IMG/VR virus record: IMGVR_UViG_2898074128_000002
Reading direction: 5' to 3' (one strand)
Length of the DNA: 64,000 bases
Origin: an uncultured virus (IMG/VR IMGVR_UViG_2898074128_000002)
Lineage: Duplodnaviria; Heunggongvirae; Uroviricota; Caudoviricetes
Position 1 is the stretch's first letter. Each line of letters opens with the position of its first letter. The position numbers were made by a program, and so were the translations under genes. The notes under the pieces were generated by a model. The model saw nothing but the letters and a program-made list of their open reading frames with translations, was not told the DNA's origin and did no database searches. Shown here piece by piece: positions 48,352 to 58,861 of this stretch.

Positions 48352-48750
48352 ATGAAATCCAAAACATTCTCAAACGGACTGGTGGTCAAGCACCGCCGAT
48401 CCGCCATTATTTTAGAAAATGCTGACGGAAAACCCGAGACGCAGTCCCGGTTCGCCTACCCTTTTACACCTAAAGAGCTGGAAACATTCACCGATTATCT
48501 GCACCAGGCAGCGAACGAAGCGTGGAAGGATATCACGCCGAAAGAAGCCTTCAGTATGGGATCGGATTATGATGAGTATTACGACCGACGTTATGACAAC
48601 AACGGCTACCTCTCTATCACAGAATCCGGACTTAGCATCGAAGCTCCACACTTATCCAAGGATACGCTATATCAGTTCAACAAGGCGAAAATTCAGTCGT
48701 TTATTTATGACCTGCAAAAGCTACTAAGCGCGATAGAGGAAAATGTGTGA
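48352..48750 (+). CDS. Hypothetical protein
   Basis: RBS AAAGGAG. Confidence 0.65.
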   Translation: MKSKTFSNGLVVKHRRSAIILENADGKPETQSRFAYPFTPKELETFTDYLHQAANEAWKDITPKEAFSMGSDYDEYYDRRYDNNGYLSITESGLSIEAPHLSKDTLYQFNKAKIQSFIYDLQKLLSAIEENV

Positions 48751-48905
48751 TGAAAGATTTTCATTTTAAGTCATTCGGATTAGGGGTGTTACTCGCTTGG
48801 TTAGTGACAAATGTGACCTGGACTGTATTTTAGTCAATCGAACAGTCCAGACACATAGTACGTAACAAAGTAGAAAATAACTACAAACTAAAGGAGGGTG
48901 TCGGT

Positions 48906-49106
48906 ATGAAGGTAGGAAAAAAAGTAGTAGTTTTAAAGAACGGGGCGTTATTAACAGCCGTCATTGAAGAAAAACATATCTGCCGTAGCATAATCGAATA
49001 TAAGGTCAAATATCTGGATAATAATGAAGTTGATTACGTTTCTGCAGCGCAAATAGTAACTAAAAAGGTTAGTGATGACACTATCAAAACATTAGAAAAT
49101 ATTTGA
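48906..49106 (+). CDS. AT-rich small hypothetical protein (cassette-like)
   Basis: RBS AAGGAGG; flanked by junction motifs. Confidence 0.6.
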   Translation: MKVGKKVVVLKNGALLTAVIEEKHICRSIIEYKVKYLDNNEVDYVSAAQIVTKKVSDDTIKTLENI

Positions 49107-49614
49107 TAAAACTATAATGATAGTTGCGAAATACGAATATGTAGCTCAATTAATTGAGGTGGAATGATGAAAAATTTTCTACAAATAACCCTCTATTATG
49201 CTGGAATGACATTAATAATTTTATCGGCAAAAATTGAAAGAAATACTTCGCTGATAAATGATTTTAAAAGGAACAGAAAAGAAGCCCTGGTGGCGTATAG
49301 AGCCAGAAACAAATGATTTACAGCCAACAAGGGGAAATCTAAGACGAAATACTTTTTAAAATTGGTGGTGGTAAAATGTTGTGGATTATCCTTGCATCCC
49401 TGATTTACCTGCTAATAGGATTTTTCTTCTCAAAACCGGATAACTGGAACATGATACAGAAAGTCCTCGCTCATATATTTTGGCTACCGCTGGTTATTTT
49501 TGTGGTTATTATAGTCAGACTCGGTGAAGTGAAAATCATGTGATTTGTATAAAAAATATTACATTATGTTATTACATCTTACGTAATTATATTACTTAAT
49601 AAGGAGGCTAAATC

Positions 49615-50157
49615 ATGCCTGAATTTATCAAAACCGAACATGTCAACCGCATGTTTCCCTTCGAATTTTATAACGAGTTGAGCGAAAACCTGAAAGCCTT
49701 CACGCTTCTCAACCCGGCATTCATCCTGCGGGATCATCTCGATGTCACGACAGAACAGTGTAAAGCACTGTTTGAACAGTCACGGAAGAATAAACCGATG
49801 GATACGTTGAATCAAAATAATTTAATTCAGGTGGAACCATTTGGCGAGCTGTTAACGCTCGACATGTGCTGTCCCTCGGAAGACAAAAACACCGTCCTTC
49901 GAGAACGCGATAAACGCAGCCAATTACCGCTTTCGATTGTCGTCGCCCAGCTGTATGATTCGTCCGGCTTCCCGGTGTTCTCAAAAGATGTTACCGAAGA
50001 ATCGATTAAAAACATCCCAGAGGTCCTCTGGGACGATCCGAACCTTTTCTTAGGGGTCGTCTCCTTTACGGAAGAAGAACCTCGCGTGGCTGTGATAAAG
50101 ATACCGAAGCGCATTGAAAGTCAGCTATTCGAAAGCGTCCAGGGTGACACTCCGTGA
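49615..50157 (+). CDS. Hypothetical protein
   Basis: RBS AAGGAGG; preceded by TATTACA operator-like motif. Confidence 0.7.
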   Translation: MPEFIKTEHVNRMFPFEFYNELSENLKAFTLLNPAFILRDHLDVTTEQCKALFEQSRKNKPMDTLNQNNLIQVEPFGELLTLDMCCPSEDKNTVLRERDKRSQLPLSIVVAQLYDSSGFPVFSKDVTEESIKNIPEVLWDDPNLFLGVVSFTEEEPRVAVIKIPKRIESQLFESVQGDTP

Positions 50158-50323
50158 CGCCAGGCGTGCCGGCAACTACCGGCACGTTTTTTTAATGGAC
50201 AACCACCTTTCTCTCCATGACCAAAAAGCGAACAAAATGTCTTTAAAAACGCTCTACCCGTATAGTTTTTCTTGTCATTTAGTGTCATAATAGAACTAAG
50301 TATTACCAAATAATGGAAATGGG

Positions 50324-51100
50324 GTGTTGTTCATGCCTGCGGCAAGAAAACCACTGAAAGTCCGCCAGATTGAGCGGATGAAAGAAAAAGAGTATTCGAA
50401 GAGTTATTTAAAACAAAAACAGGAACATCAGGAGGAGCCAAACAGTTACCCGCTGACACGGCTTATCCTCATCAAAGATTTTTTCCGTACACCGGACTTA
50501 TACAAAGCTATTGGTTTCTTTTTCAGCATTCAAATCATTATCGCCACGATTGCTGCAGGGTTGAGATATCCGGAATTCGCAGGGGCCTTGAACTTACTCG
50601 CCCTGGTTCTAGGTGTCACCATTGTCACATTATCGATCCGAACAATTAACAAACGACAGCGACTGGACCCCACAAGAAGGAGATTCAGGCTCTCCCGCGT
50701 CCTACTCATCGTCACAGTAATGCTTTTAGCGCTGTTTGCAACCACGTTTATTTATAACCTTATCGGGATCACTATGCCGGAGCAGCCGAATCAGTCATCA
50801 CTAAATTCTTTACTGGTCGTGTTTCCGGTAGTAATGATCTTTACTATGGTGGTCGTCTCCCCTGTCACAGAGGAACTGGTATTCCGCGAGCTGCTGCCGT
50901 ATGCGACCGGTCCGAGTTATCTGAGTTTTGTTATCGCAAGTATTATCTTTATTGCATTGCACGCCCCATACGGGATCATGGGCTGGACGAGCTACGCCAT
51001 CCTGGCAGCCGGGTTTCTATACGCCCGACTGAAAGACAATAATGTTTACACAGCGATCGCTGTCCATATGATATGGAATGCATTGACGCTAATCATTTAG
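50324..51100 (+). CDS. CPBP/Abi-family CAAX intramembrane protease
   Basis: PVTEELVFR, FIALH, HMIWN; multiple TM. Confidence 0.9.
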   Translation: MLFMPAARKPLKVRQIERMKEKEYSKSYLKQKQEHQEEPNSYPLTRLILIKDFFRTPDLYKAIGFFFSIQIIIATIAAGLRYPEFAGALNLLALVLGVTIVTLSIRTINKRQRLDPTRRRFRLSRVLLIVTVMLLALFATTFIYNLIGITMPEQPNQSSLNSLLVVFPVVMIFTMVVVSPVTEELVFRELLPYATGPSYLSFVIASIIFIALHAPYGIMGWTSYAILAAGFLYARLKDNNVYTAIAVHMIWNALTLII

Positions 51101-51217
51101 ATATACCAACAAATGGAAATGTGTGGTAAATTAAAATTCCGGTGCGGATATTATATACGCTTATCCCGCACCAATATCACACACCTAATCTACATAATCA
51201 ATTAAGGAGGGGGACCC

Positions 51218-51457
51218 ATGCTTGTAATCTGTCTAATTGGTTATCTTTGTATAGGAACGATTGTAATTATTTGGGGCGCTTATGACCCGATTTCAGAGCA
51301 AGTTGATTGGTCATTATCCGGCGGGTTTGGGAACCCTTTACTCATGTGGTTTATATGCATCATCATTTTCCCTATACTCCTCCCAAGCATCATACGTGGA
51401 AGGTTACGGCTGAATAAACACGCTAAGATATATCGAAAACATAACCCTAAAACTTAA
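51218..51457 (+). CDS. Small membrane protein
   Basis: RBS AAGGAGG; 2 TM. Confidence 0.6.
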   Translation: MLVICLIGYLCIGTIVIIWGAYDPISEQVDWSLSGGFGNPLLMWFICIIIFPILLPSIIRGRLRLNKHAKIYRKHNPKT

Positions 51458-51499
51458 TCATACAAACAAACTAGTATCTACTAAAAGGAGCGCTCATAC

Positions 51500-52168
51500 A
51501 TGAACCGCGAAAGAACAACAGAGGAAAACAAAGATATGGAAATTATCAAACATACGACGAAAACATCCAAAGCATTTAATACTGGTATAGACCCGATCCA
51601 TCTCCTGGAAAAACTGGACGGATACATGGAGGTATTGACCAATAACCCAAGTGAGAAAGATGTCCAGGGCATTAAAAACGAACTCGAATCCATGGAGATT
51701 ATCACACTGACCTACGGAGAAGAACGCTGGTGGATCAATGAGGCGCTCGTATTACATAAGTACGTGATGAAGCGACCAATGGCCAAACGAATCAGCCATC
51801 TGTTCAAAACGAGAGGTGAATGGAGAAGTGAACACGTCAAAAAAGACAATATCGAAGTGAAATCGAGGGTCCATCTGCCGATCCATGTAATTATCCAACC
51901 GCAAGCGGATATTGACACTGAAAATAACGATGCCAACAAGCTAACCTTCGCCATAAAGGGAATTCACCACTCCATAGAAGAAATGCTGGAAAACGGCGAT
52001 TCTTCCTGTGGGGTTTTCTTGAAACCGTACGGCGTCATCCATATGAACAGACTCAGCATGTGGTTGGAAGAAAATGAAACTTACGGTCACTGGAGTATGA
52101 AAGACGAACTCCGCACGATGAGTCTGTATGAGATCGCCAAAGAAACAGTTATCGAAACGAGACTTTAA
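51500..52168 (+). CDS. Hypothetical protein
   Basis: RBS AAAGGAG. Confidence 0.7.
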   Translation: MNRERTTEENKDMEIIKHTTKTSKAFNTGIDPIHLLEKLDGYMEVLTNNPSEKDVQGIKNELESMEIITLTYGEERWWINEALVLHKYVMKRPMAKRISHLFKTRGEWRSEHVKKDNIEVKSRVHLPIHVIIQPQADIDTENNDANKLTFAIKGIHHSIEEMLENGDSSCGVFLKPYGVIHMNRLSMWLEENETYGHWSMKDELRTMSLYEIAKETVIETRL

Positions 52169-52232
52169 GAACAAAAAAAACCTTACAGGGATAACCCCTC
52201 GTAAGGTTTTTTATTTGCGATACGGTACTTTC

Positions 52233-52967
52233 TCACATCAATGCCATGGTTCGAAGTCCAAAGCTCGACCAAATAATATACCCGGCACATACCACATGAA
52301 GCACAACAGCCGCCTGGAATACCACATTTTCCCCAAAACCACCTGTCTCGTATACAAACGAACGATAACTCCCCCGCTTCCGGCGCCATTTAGGTACAGG
52401 ATAAAACCAGCGAATACCCTGCTTACTAAATGAATCCTCGACAATATGAAGCGTATATCCGAGCGCCAGAGCAAGCAAGTATACTGATTCGGTATACCAC
52501 GCAACCCCTGCCGCCAACAAGACGATCCAAATGGTATGGGTAATCGTCCGGTGCGGGATCGCCCGGCTTATTGGTGTGACATACCTCCCCAGTGTGGAGG
52601 TTTCCGAATCAATGTCCGGCAGGATCGTTCCGAGCGCAAAAAACAACAACATGAGTGTGATCGTAAGCGGATATGTTCCTTCCGCTACGAGATAAAGGGT
52701 CCCCATACCCCCTATCATCGTGACCAGCTGTAAGAGACGTAAACGCCCGCTCCCTATATTAAACAGTATCAATATAAAACAGCTGACCACCCCTACCATC
52801 AAACCGTATTCGGTAAATGACAGCGGTTCTCCGATTGATAGACCAAATACCTCTAAATAATTTCCTCCCTCTACAGCAACGTCATTCCGGTTCGCATACG
52901 CCGTGTACCCTATTAAGGCAGCATGCGCCAAAGCAAGCGAACCGACAGCATGTGTTCGTCCAAGCAT
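52233..52967 (-). CDS. YdjM-like membrane-bound metal-dependent hydrolase
   Basis: MLGRTH, LPDID, HRTITHT, GYTLHIVED..SKQG. Confidence 0.85.
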   Translation of the reverse strand: MLGRTHAVGSLALAHAALIGYTAYANRNDVAVEGGNYLEVFGLSIGEPLSFTEYGLMVGVVSCFILILFNIGSGRLRLLQLVTMIGGMGTLYLVAEGTYPLTITLMLLFFALGTILPDIDSETSTLGRYVTPISRAIPHRTITHTIWIVLLAAGVAWYTESVYLLALALGYTLHIVEDSFSKQGIRWFYPVPKWRRKRGSYRSFVYETGGFGENVVFQAAVVLHVVCAGYIIWSSFGLRTMALM

Positions 52968-53197
52968 AGGCCTCTCCCCGCTTTCTTGGTATTATTTTTC
53001 TGTACTATTACATAAATATATTACATGTTACGTAATACTATTTTTTGATAAAAAAATATACTCGGTCTTCGCCCCTCCCCTATGGAGTCATAACTTCGGC
53101 GCGTCTTCCCGAGCAACATCAGATCAAAACGACAACTAATAATTAATATTACATAAATATATTACATATTACGTAATATAAAGTATTTTTTTAAAAA

Positions 53198-53548
53198 TTA
53201 CTCCCCATTTCTCACCCGGTGGTACGCATCATTTCGTATCGCGTCCCTCGCCTCATTGGTGTCATCTTTTACGATGGACTGGTGTAAGGCAACGAGTTCG
53301 GCTAAAAGCATGTTCGTCACACGACTCTCCGTCGCCACGGTGTCCAGTCGATCATGAATCAATTCCAGCCATTGAAGCTGGGCCTTGGACGCCTCTAATT
53401 GCTTCTGGGACGACGCTACCTGCTCTTTCGCAAGAGATACTTGCTTCTGTATTCCTTTTATCAACACCGAAACCTCCCCCGGCGGTTTCGGTGCCGGGGT
53501 AAATCGTTTTTTTATTTCGGCAACATTGTGCACGACGCATCTCCTCAT
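53198..53548 (-). CDS. Hypothetical coiled-coil protein
   Basis: ORF; RBS AAGGA on minus strand. Confidence 0.55.
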   Translation of the reverse strand: MRRCVVHNVAEIKKRFTPAPKPPGEVSVLIKGIQKQVSLAKEQVASSQKQLEASKAQLQWLELIHDRLDTVATESRVTNMLLAELVALHQSIVKDDTNEARDAIRNDAYHRVRNGE

Positions 53549-53602
53549 TTCCTTATTTTATTAGACTTAAAGACTAGAAGACTACAGCTTGAAACAGTCA
53601 GT

Positions 53603-54061
53603 TTAGAATAAATCTGAGTTCTCTCCGCGCAGTATGGCCAGGTAATCGTTCGGATCTTCGTTAACCTCCAGTACGTTCTGTCCATCAAAATACGGCAAAA
53701 TTGGTATTCCGAGATGCACCATCCCACTCACCAGGCAGATGTTTTGATACTTCGGTGACCCGTCCACAAATAGCGGATGGCGAGAGCGAAAACGGAATGT
53801 CTTTTTCTTCGAGCAATCAATGTGTATGCGCTCTACAATCTTGTAAGCCGCCGGGATTCTACTACGGCCAAATGATGTACTTATAAACTTAATTAAATTA
53901 ATCAGGGAACTATCAATCATATGAGAATCCGGATAGTATTCTTCTTCAAACACCGGTAAGGCGTTCACCCCGTCTCCACCTTCCAGAAATTCCATCAAGG
54001 GTTTCTCCAGTACCTCGTACATAGAGAATGACCTCACCTTGTTATCATCGCACATTTTCAC
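53603..54061 (-). CDS. Hypothetical protein
   Basis: RBS GAGAGGTG on minus strand. Confidence 0.6.
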   Translation of the reverse strand: MKMCDDNKVRSFSMYEVLEKPLMEFLEGGDGVNALPVFEEEYYPDSHMIDSSLINLIKFISTSFGRSRIPAAYKIVERIHIDCSKKKTFRFRSRHPLFVDGSPKYQNICLVSGMVHLGIPILPYFDGQNVLEVNEDPNDYLAILRGENSDLF

Positions 54062-54503
54062 TTCACACCTCTCTGCTTTTCTACAACCCGTCAGCTTTAC
54101 GGGTATGTTTACCTATTACTATTCTATCATATTTGTTAATTGTTTAACAGCAAAACGCTGTCCGTACAGCGATTTACTTTACACATAATAGTTTACACCT
54201 ATATTTGGAAAAAGGCAAGATATGGATAACAAGTAATAAAAGTTGAAAACACTGTCTGTACAGAGGATTAACCTTTCGTATAAATAGGACTTTTGTACAA
54301 ACGTAATAAGTGAAATGCAAGTAAAAACGCTATACACACAGCGTTTTTTACACAAAATCGAGTTTCCAAATTACGACATTTTTTGTCGAATTGTTAGAGA
54401 AATAGTATTGGGTCAAAATACCTATTGTTTTCGCCGGGAAATCAGCCGAAAACAATCGATCAAACCTATGAGTCTAAATCCATGAAGAAGGAATGATGTA
54501 AGG

Positions 54504-54773
54504 ATGGTCAGTGAAAAAGATAACGTTCTAAACGGGCTGACAGATATGTTCTACGAGGTGCAGCCTGATGAGGAGTACTTGGAGGAAGATGAAGATACGG
54601 CAGACGACATCCGTCAGGTCCAGAAACTCTCGAATGACAATGCTGCAACAGCCGAGGAGAAAATCAAAGCGCTCGCGGACTTTAACGGTAAGTGGTTCCC
54701 AGACGGGCTGTCTGCAATCGAGCAGAAGACCTACCGGTTCCTGCTCGATCAGGCCGAGAAATTAACAGTCTAA
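54504..54773 (+). CDS. Hypothetical acidic protein
   Basis: RBS AAGGA. Confidence 0.6.
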   Translation: MVSEKDNVLNGLTDMFYEVQPDEEYLEEDEDTADDIRQVQKLSNDNAATAEEKIKALADFNGKWFPDGLSAIEQKTYRFLLDQAEKLTV

Positions 54774-54934
54774 AAGGTCTTACGTCACACTTGAAACCCC
54801 TGTGATTCCGCTGGTATTGCGAGCGGAATCACCAATAAATCAAAAGAAGGAAGACCCCAGGTTCTATGTGACCCCTCATAGCAGAACCGGTCAAATTCAT
54901 AAAAAACTAATTATCCGAAAGCGAGGAATCTATT

Positions 54935-56257
54935 ATGAAATCAGCATTAACATTCTCACAAGTACAACCGTTTATTGAGGCGGACCTAAGAGCAGGGCAG
55001 ACACCGGCCCTTATGGGACCAGCAGGTATTGGTAAATCCAGTCTGACAGAAGGGTTAGCTCGTACATTCAAGACGATGGTATTCACGCTGCCTGTTAACC
55101 AGTTAGCGGACCGTGCCGATCTGACCGGTGTTCGTATGACTCAGTCCGAGAACGGAAAATGGCGCCAGGAGGCTTTCCCGCATTCTATTATCATGGAGGC
55201 TATCGAATACGCAGAGAATCACCCGGACGAAAATCCGATCCTGTTCTTGGACGAATTTAACCGAGCTTCTTCTGACATCACGTCTTCTATCTTGTCGTTC
55301 CAGACGTTACGTCGAATCGGTACGATTGACTTCCCGGACAACCTTCGCATGCTCGTTGCTGGAAATGATAAAGGGAATGTGACCAGCCTGGACGAAGCTA
55401 GTATCTCTCGTTTCTCTGTGTACCATGTCCGCCCGGATCTTGATACGTTCCTGAGTATCCAAACGCTTAACCCGTTTGTCACAGATGTGCTGACCAAACA
55501 TCCAGAGGATTTAATGGCCATGGAAGCGGTTGAAAACAGCAGCAAGGATGACGGTGACGACGATGAGGATGAGGATAAAGAAAGTGAAGAATACGCATTC
55601 TCCCAATTGGAGTTCATGTCTGAAGATACGTTCACGCAAGTAACACGTCCAAGGACGATTACGTATGTGAGTGAGTGGCTGAACAACATGGGAATCGATA
55701 AATCTGGAAGTGACACAGAGCGCGCATTGCTCGGTCAGCTGTTTGCAGACATGACAGAAGCAGATGATTCCAATATCCTTCTTGCTGGTATCGAAGCCCA
55801 CGTTGGAAGTACGACGTTTGCACACCACCTGTTCGATGAAATCAATACGCATTTCAATGCGATGCTAAGCGCTACGCACGTTTCTAACCAGCCGGTTCTT
55901 AACGATCTGCGACCGAAACAGGATATCATCAATGCGCTAAGTCGTTCACAGGACGTACAGGCTGTCGAGCAGCTTATCACCAATATGAGCGAGAAAGACC
56001 GCCTGAACACCCTCGTATGGCTGACAGAGCAATCCAGTACGAAAGAAATTAACAACAATCAGGCTGTGACTGCATTTATGTCTAACGCTCCGCATCACAT
56101 CACGCAGTTTGACAACAAAGCCATTCAGAACTTGATGAAGGTCCTTCCTGATTCAACGAAGGTGGCAGAAAGCGCTGTACAAGCCATGCTCGGCAGCACC
56201 GCACCGGTGATGAACCAGTGGAAAGGCATGATTCAGTCCGTGATGGAGCAGGATTAA
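54935..56257 (+). CDS. MoxR-like AAA+ ATPase
   Basis: GPAGIGKS Walker A, LFLDEFNRA Walker B, AGN, LDEASISRF. Confidence 0.85.
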   Translation: MKSALTFSQVQPFIEADLRAGQTPALMGPAGIGKSSLTEGLARTFKTMVFTLPVNQLADRADLTGVRMTQSENGKWRQEAFPHSIIMEAIEYAENHPDENPILFLDEFNRASSDITSSILSFQTLRRIGTIDFPDNLRMLVAGNDKGNVTSLDEASISRFSVYHVRPDLDTFLSIQTLNPFVTDVLTKHPEDLMAMEAVENSSKDDGDDDEDEDKESEEYAFSQLEFMSEDTFTQVTRPRTITYVSEWLNNMGIDKSGSDTERALLGQLFADMTEADDSNILLAGIEAHVGSTTFAHHLFDEINTHFNAMLSATHVSNQPVLNDLRPKQDIINALSRSQDVQAVEQLITNMSEKDRLNTLVWLTEQSSTKEINNNQAVTAFMSNAPHHITQFDNKAIQNLMKVLPDSTKVAESAVQAMLGSTAPVMNQWKGMIQSVMEQD

Positions 56258-56283
56258 TCGCATAACTTTAAACCTGTACAAAG

Positions 56284-56310
56284 ACCCTCTGAGGATAGCG
56301 CTCAGAGGGT
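56284..56310. repeat. 27-bp hairpin (terminator-like), copy 1
   Basis: ACCCTCTGAGGATAGCGCTCAGAGGGT identical to 56805-56831. Confidence 0.85.
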
Positions 56311-56364
56311 GGTTTTTTATTGTCCGTATTTTACACGGCTTTATTCAGAAAGGAGACTGCCCTT

Positions 56365-56787
56365 ATGGCAAATTATGAATCTCGTATGCGCACTTCCTAT
56401 TTCCAGGTGAAAAATGAGGAAGAGTTCCTCGAAACAATGAATAATCTCAATCTCGATATCAAGATCGTCACAGAAGACAAAGGTATCGTGATTTATGGAT
56501 CGGATTTCACGTATACGACCCAAGAGATCCTGGCCGATAATGGTGATTATATTGGAGAAAAAGAAATAGACGTTTTAGATATTATACAATCTCACCTGAA
56601 GGATGGGGAAACCGTACTTATCAACAGCATTGGCTACGAAAAAATGCGCTATCTTCACAGTACATCTGTGATTATCACATCCAAAGAAATCCTCAGTGTC
56701 AGTGCAGAAGAGGCTGTGAAGGAGCTGGCAGTGAAGCAAGGGTTGCTCACGGAGGAACAGGCTCTAACGTTAGAATGCATTTATTAA
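56365..56787 (+). CDS. Hypothetical protein between duplicated hairpins
   Basis: RBS AAAGGAG; MANYESRMRTSYFQVKN...IGYEKMRY. Confidence 0.75.
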   Translation: MANYESRMRTSYFQVKNEEEFLETMNNLNLDIKIVTEDKGIVIYGSDFTYTTQEILADNGDYIGEKEIDVLDIIQSHLKDGETVLINSIGYEKMRYLHSTSVIITSKEILSVSAEEAVKELAVKQGLLTEEQALTLECIY

Positions 56788-56804
56788 AAAAGTAATACGT
56801 AATA

Positions 56805-56831
56805 ACCCTCTGAGGATAGCGCTCAGAGGGT
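56805..56831. repeat. 27-bp hairpin (terminator-like), copy 2
   Basis: Identical to 56284-56310. Confidence 0.85.
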
Positions 56832-56950
56832 TATTTTTTAATCAACGAAAAACCCAGACCTTCTTATCCGAAGCGGGCGGTAACGCGACCCGCTTCCGAT
56901 AAAGCAAGCGAAAATCGATTTATTAACCTATTCCGAAAGGGGAATTACAC

Positions 56951-58744
56951 ATGTCAATTAAAATTCGAAATCAAAAACCGGCCGTTTTATATCAAGATCC
57001 GTTCAATGTTCTGCCGAATATCAACGCCGACAAGGACATAAACGAGTATGGGGACAAAATCACGGACCACATCAAAGACCGCTATATCAAACCGATGTAC
57101 ACGCCCATTAACAGCAACCATCCAGTGGTCATTGAAGATAATGCTGGTGGAAATACACAACAAATCGACGAGGATACACTCTTCAACGGTGTGATGCACC
57201 TATGGACGAGTGACACGCTCGATGTGACCCTTCAAGACCAGATCAGCGAAATCTATCGTCAGGGTATTCAATACCTTGCTCCGAACGACTGGTATTTCGA
57301 AGAACAGCTCGGTATCGAGGCGCTTACACGCATGAAACTGCCGGTTCCGTCCCAAAGGGCTGGAAAGATCGTGAAGTACTCCGCTTCAGTGGATGTGATT
57401 CCGACAGCAAAAGCGTTCCTGGCACAGCCAGACGCGACGAACGCCATTAACTGGTTTGCGAACATCGCGGCCTATACGCATGAGCGTCCGTTTAATAATT
57501 ACTTACTCATGACGGTGCAGACAGCCGACGTGTTCAACGATCTCAAACAGCAGGTGAAGAACTACGTCCAGGCGTGGCAGACGAAGCAGCCGATCAGCAA
57601 AGACGTGAACAAACTGCTTGCTGACTTCGATAAAATCGATCTGACAAACGACTTATCTGCCGGATTGTTTCTACCAAACGGCGGCGGAGCTTCCCCAGCG
57701 GAGCAGGACGCCTTATCGTTTACCCGCATTGTGCTTTATGTCATGAGCCAATTCGAGAAAAACACAAACAATCCCGGGGCGTTTACGATCCAGCCGTCGA
57801 ATCTGCAGCAAGTATACTTCCCGGAAAACCTTATTATTCTGAACCTGGAAAACTACGCGCACGCAAAACCTGCGGATATTAAGAGTGACTGGGATCAGTT
57901 TGAAAAGGCGCTCAACGCCAAAAAGAATCTGCGCTTTATTTCAAACAAAAAGCTGATGACAGCCAAAGCGGTCAACCGAAGTATCGGCGGAGGCAGTAAA
58001 TCATCAAGCTCCTCTGGGAAAGGTCGAGGTCTTGAACGGGCGAAAGTGCAGCCATTCAGCGGAAAACCAATCCCGGCACAGCAAATGCTTACGATGATGA
58101 AGCGCGTAATCGAATCGCAGGTCACAAAACAAGTGACGCAAAACACGTACAAGAGCCAATCCATCTCGTACATGCGACCAAACAGACGTAAACCAGATGA
58201 CATTAACTTGCCGGGTAAGCTGACTACGACGATGTACCGCCCCGACATTCATGTATATCTCGATACATCTGGATCGATTTCTGAATCCCAGTACAGAGAC
58301 GCTGTGACAAACCTGATTATGTTGACGAAACGGATTAACTGTAACTTATACATCACTAGTTTCAGTCACTACATCAGCCAGACGTCCCTTCTCAAAACGA
58401 AAGACCGCTCCACGTCTCAGATTTACCAGCAGTTTCTGCGGATTCCGAAAGTGACTGGCGGAACGGACTTTGAACAGGTATGGCGCAAGATCGACATGAT
58501 TGATGAGTTCAACAAAAAGAACAATTACTCGCACCAAATCAACTTCATGATTACCGACTTTGGCTACCACCTTTCTTCCGGCCACCGCTGGGATCAATCA
58601 CGGGCGAGTGTGAAGAACACGTATTACGTACCGATGTCCATGAACCCAAATGGATGGCAGCACCTGCGCCAATGGGCAAAAGAGTTTAGAGAGCAAATGA
58701 TTAAAGCGGGAGATTACGGCATCAGAAAGCGCATGCTTCTGTAA
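56951..58744 (+). CDS. vWA-domain protein (partner of MoxR AAA+)
   Basis: SYMRPNRR, MIDAS YLDTSGSI, GGTDF, MITDF. Confidence 0.85.
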   Translation: MSIKIRNQKPAVLYQDPFNVLPNINADKDINEYGDKITDHIKDRYIKPMYTPINSNHPVVIEDNAGGNTQQIDEDTLFNGVMHLWTSDTLDVTLQDQISEIYRQGIQYLAPNDWYFEEQLGIEALTRMKLPVPSQRAGKIVKYSASVDVIPTAKAFLAQPDATNAINWFANIAAYTHERPFNNYLLMTVQTADVFNDLKQQVKNYVQAWQTKQPISKDVNKLLADFDKIDLTNDLSAGLFLPNGGGASPAEQDALSFTRIVLYVMSQFEKNTNNPGAFTIQPSNLQQVYFPENLIILNLENYAHAKPADIKSDWDQFEKALNAKKNLRFISNKKLMTAKAVNRSIGGGSKSSSSSGKGRGLERAKVQPFSGKPIPAQQMLTMMKRVIESQVTKQVTQNTYKSQSISYMRPNRRKPDDINLPGKLTTTMYRPDIHVYLDTSGSISESQYRDAVTNLIMLTKRINCNLYITSFSHYISQTSLLKTKDRSTSQIYQQFLRIPKVTGGTDFEQVWRKIDMIDEFNKKNNYSHQINFMITDFGYHLSSGHRWDQSRASVKNTYYVPMSMNPNGWQHLRQWAKEFREQMIKAGDYGIRKRMLL

Positions 58745-58861
58745 ATCTTTCAGACACATAAAAGGGGAGCGGACCTGTCACCGCTCCCCTTTCACTATAA
58801 AATCTGTGAAGTTGAAAATCTAAGAAACTAAAACTACTAACAACAGGAGGTAACTTATGAG

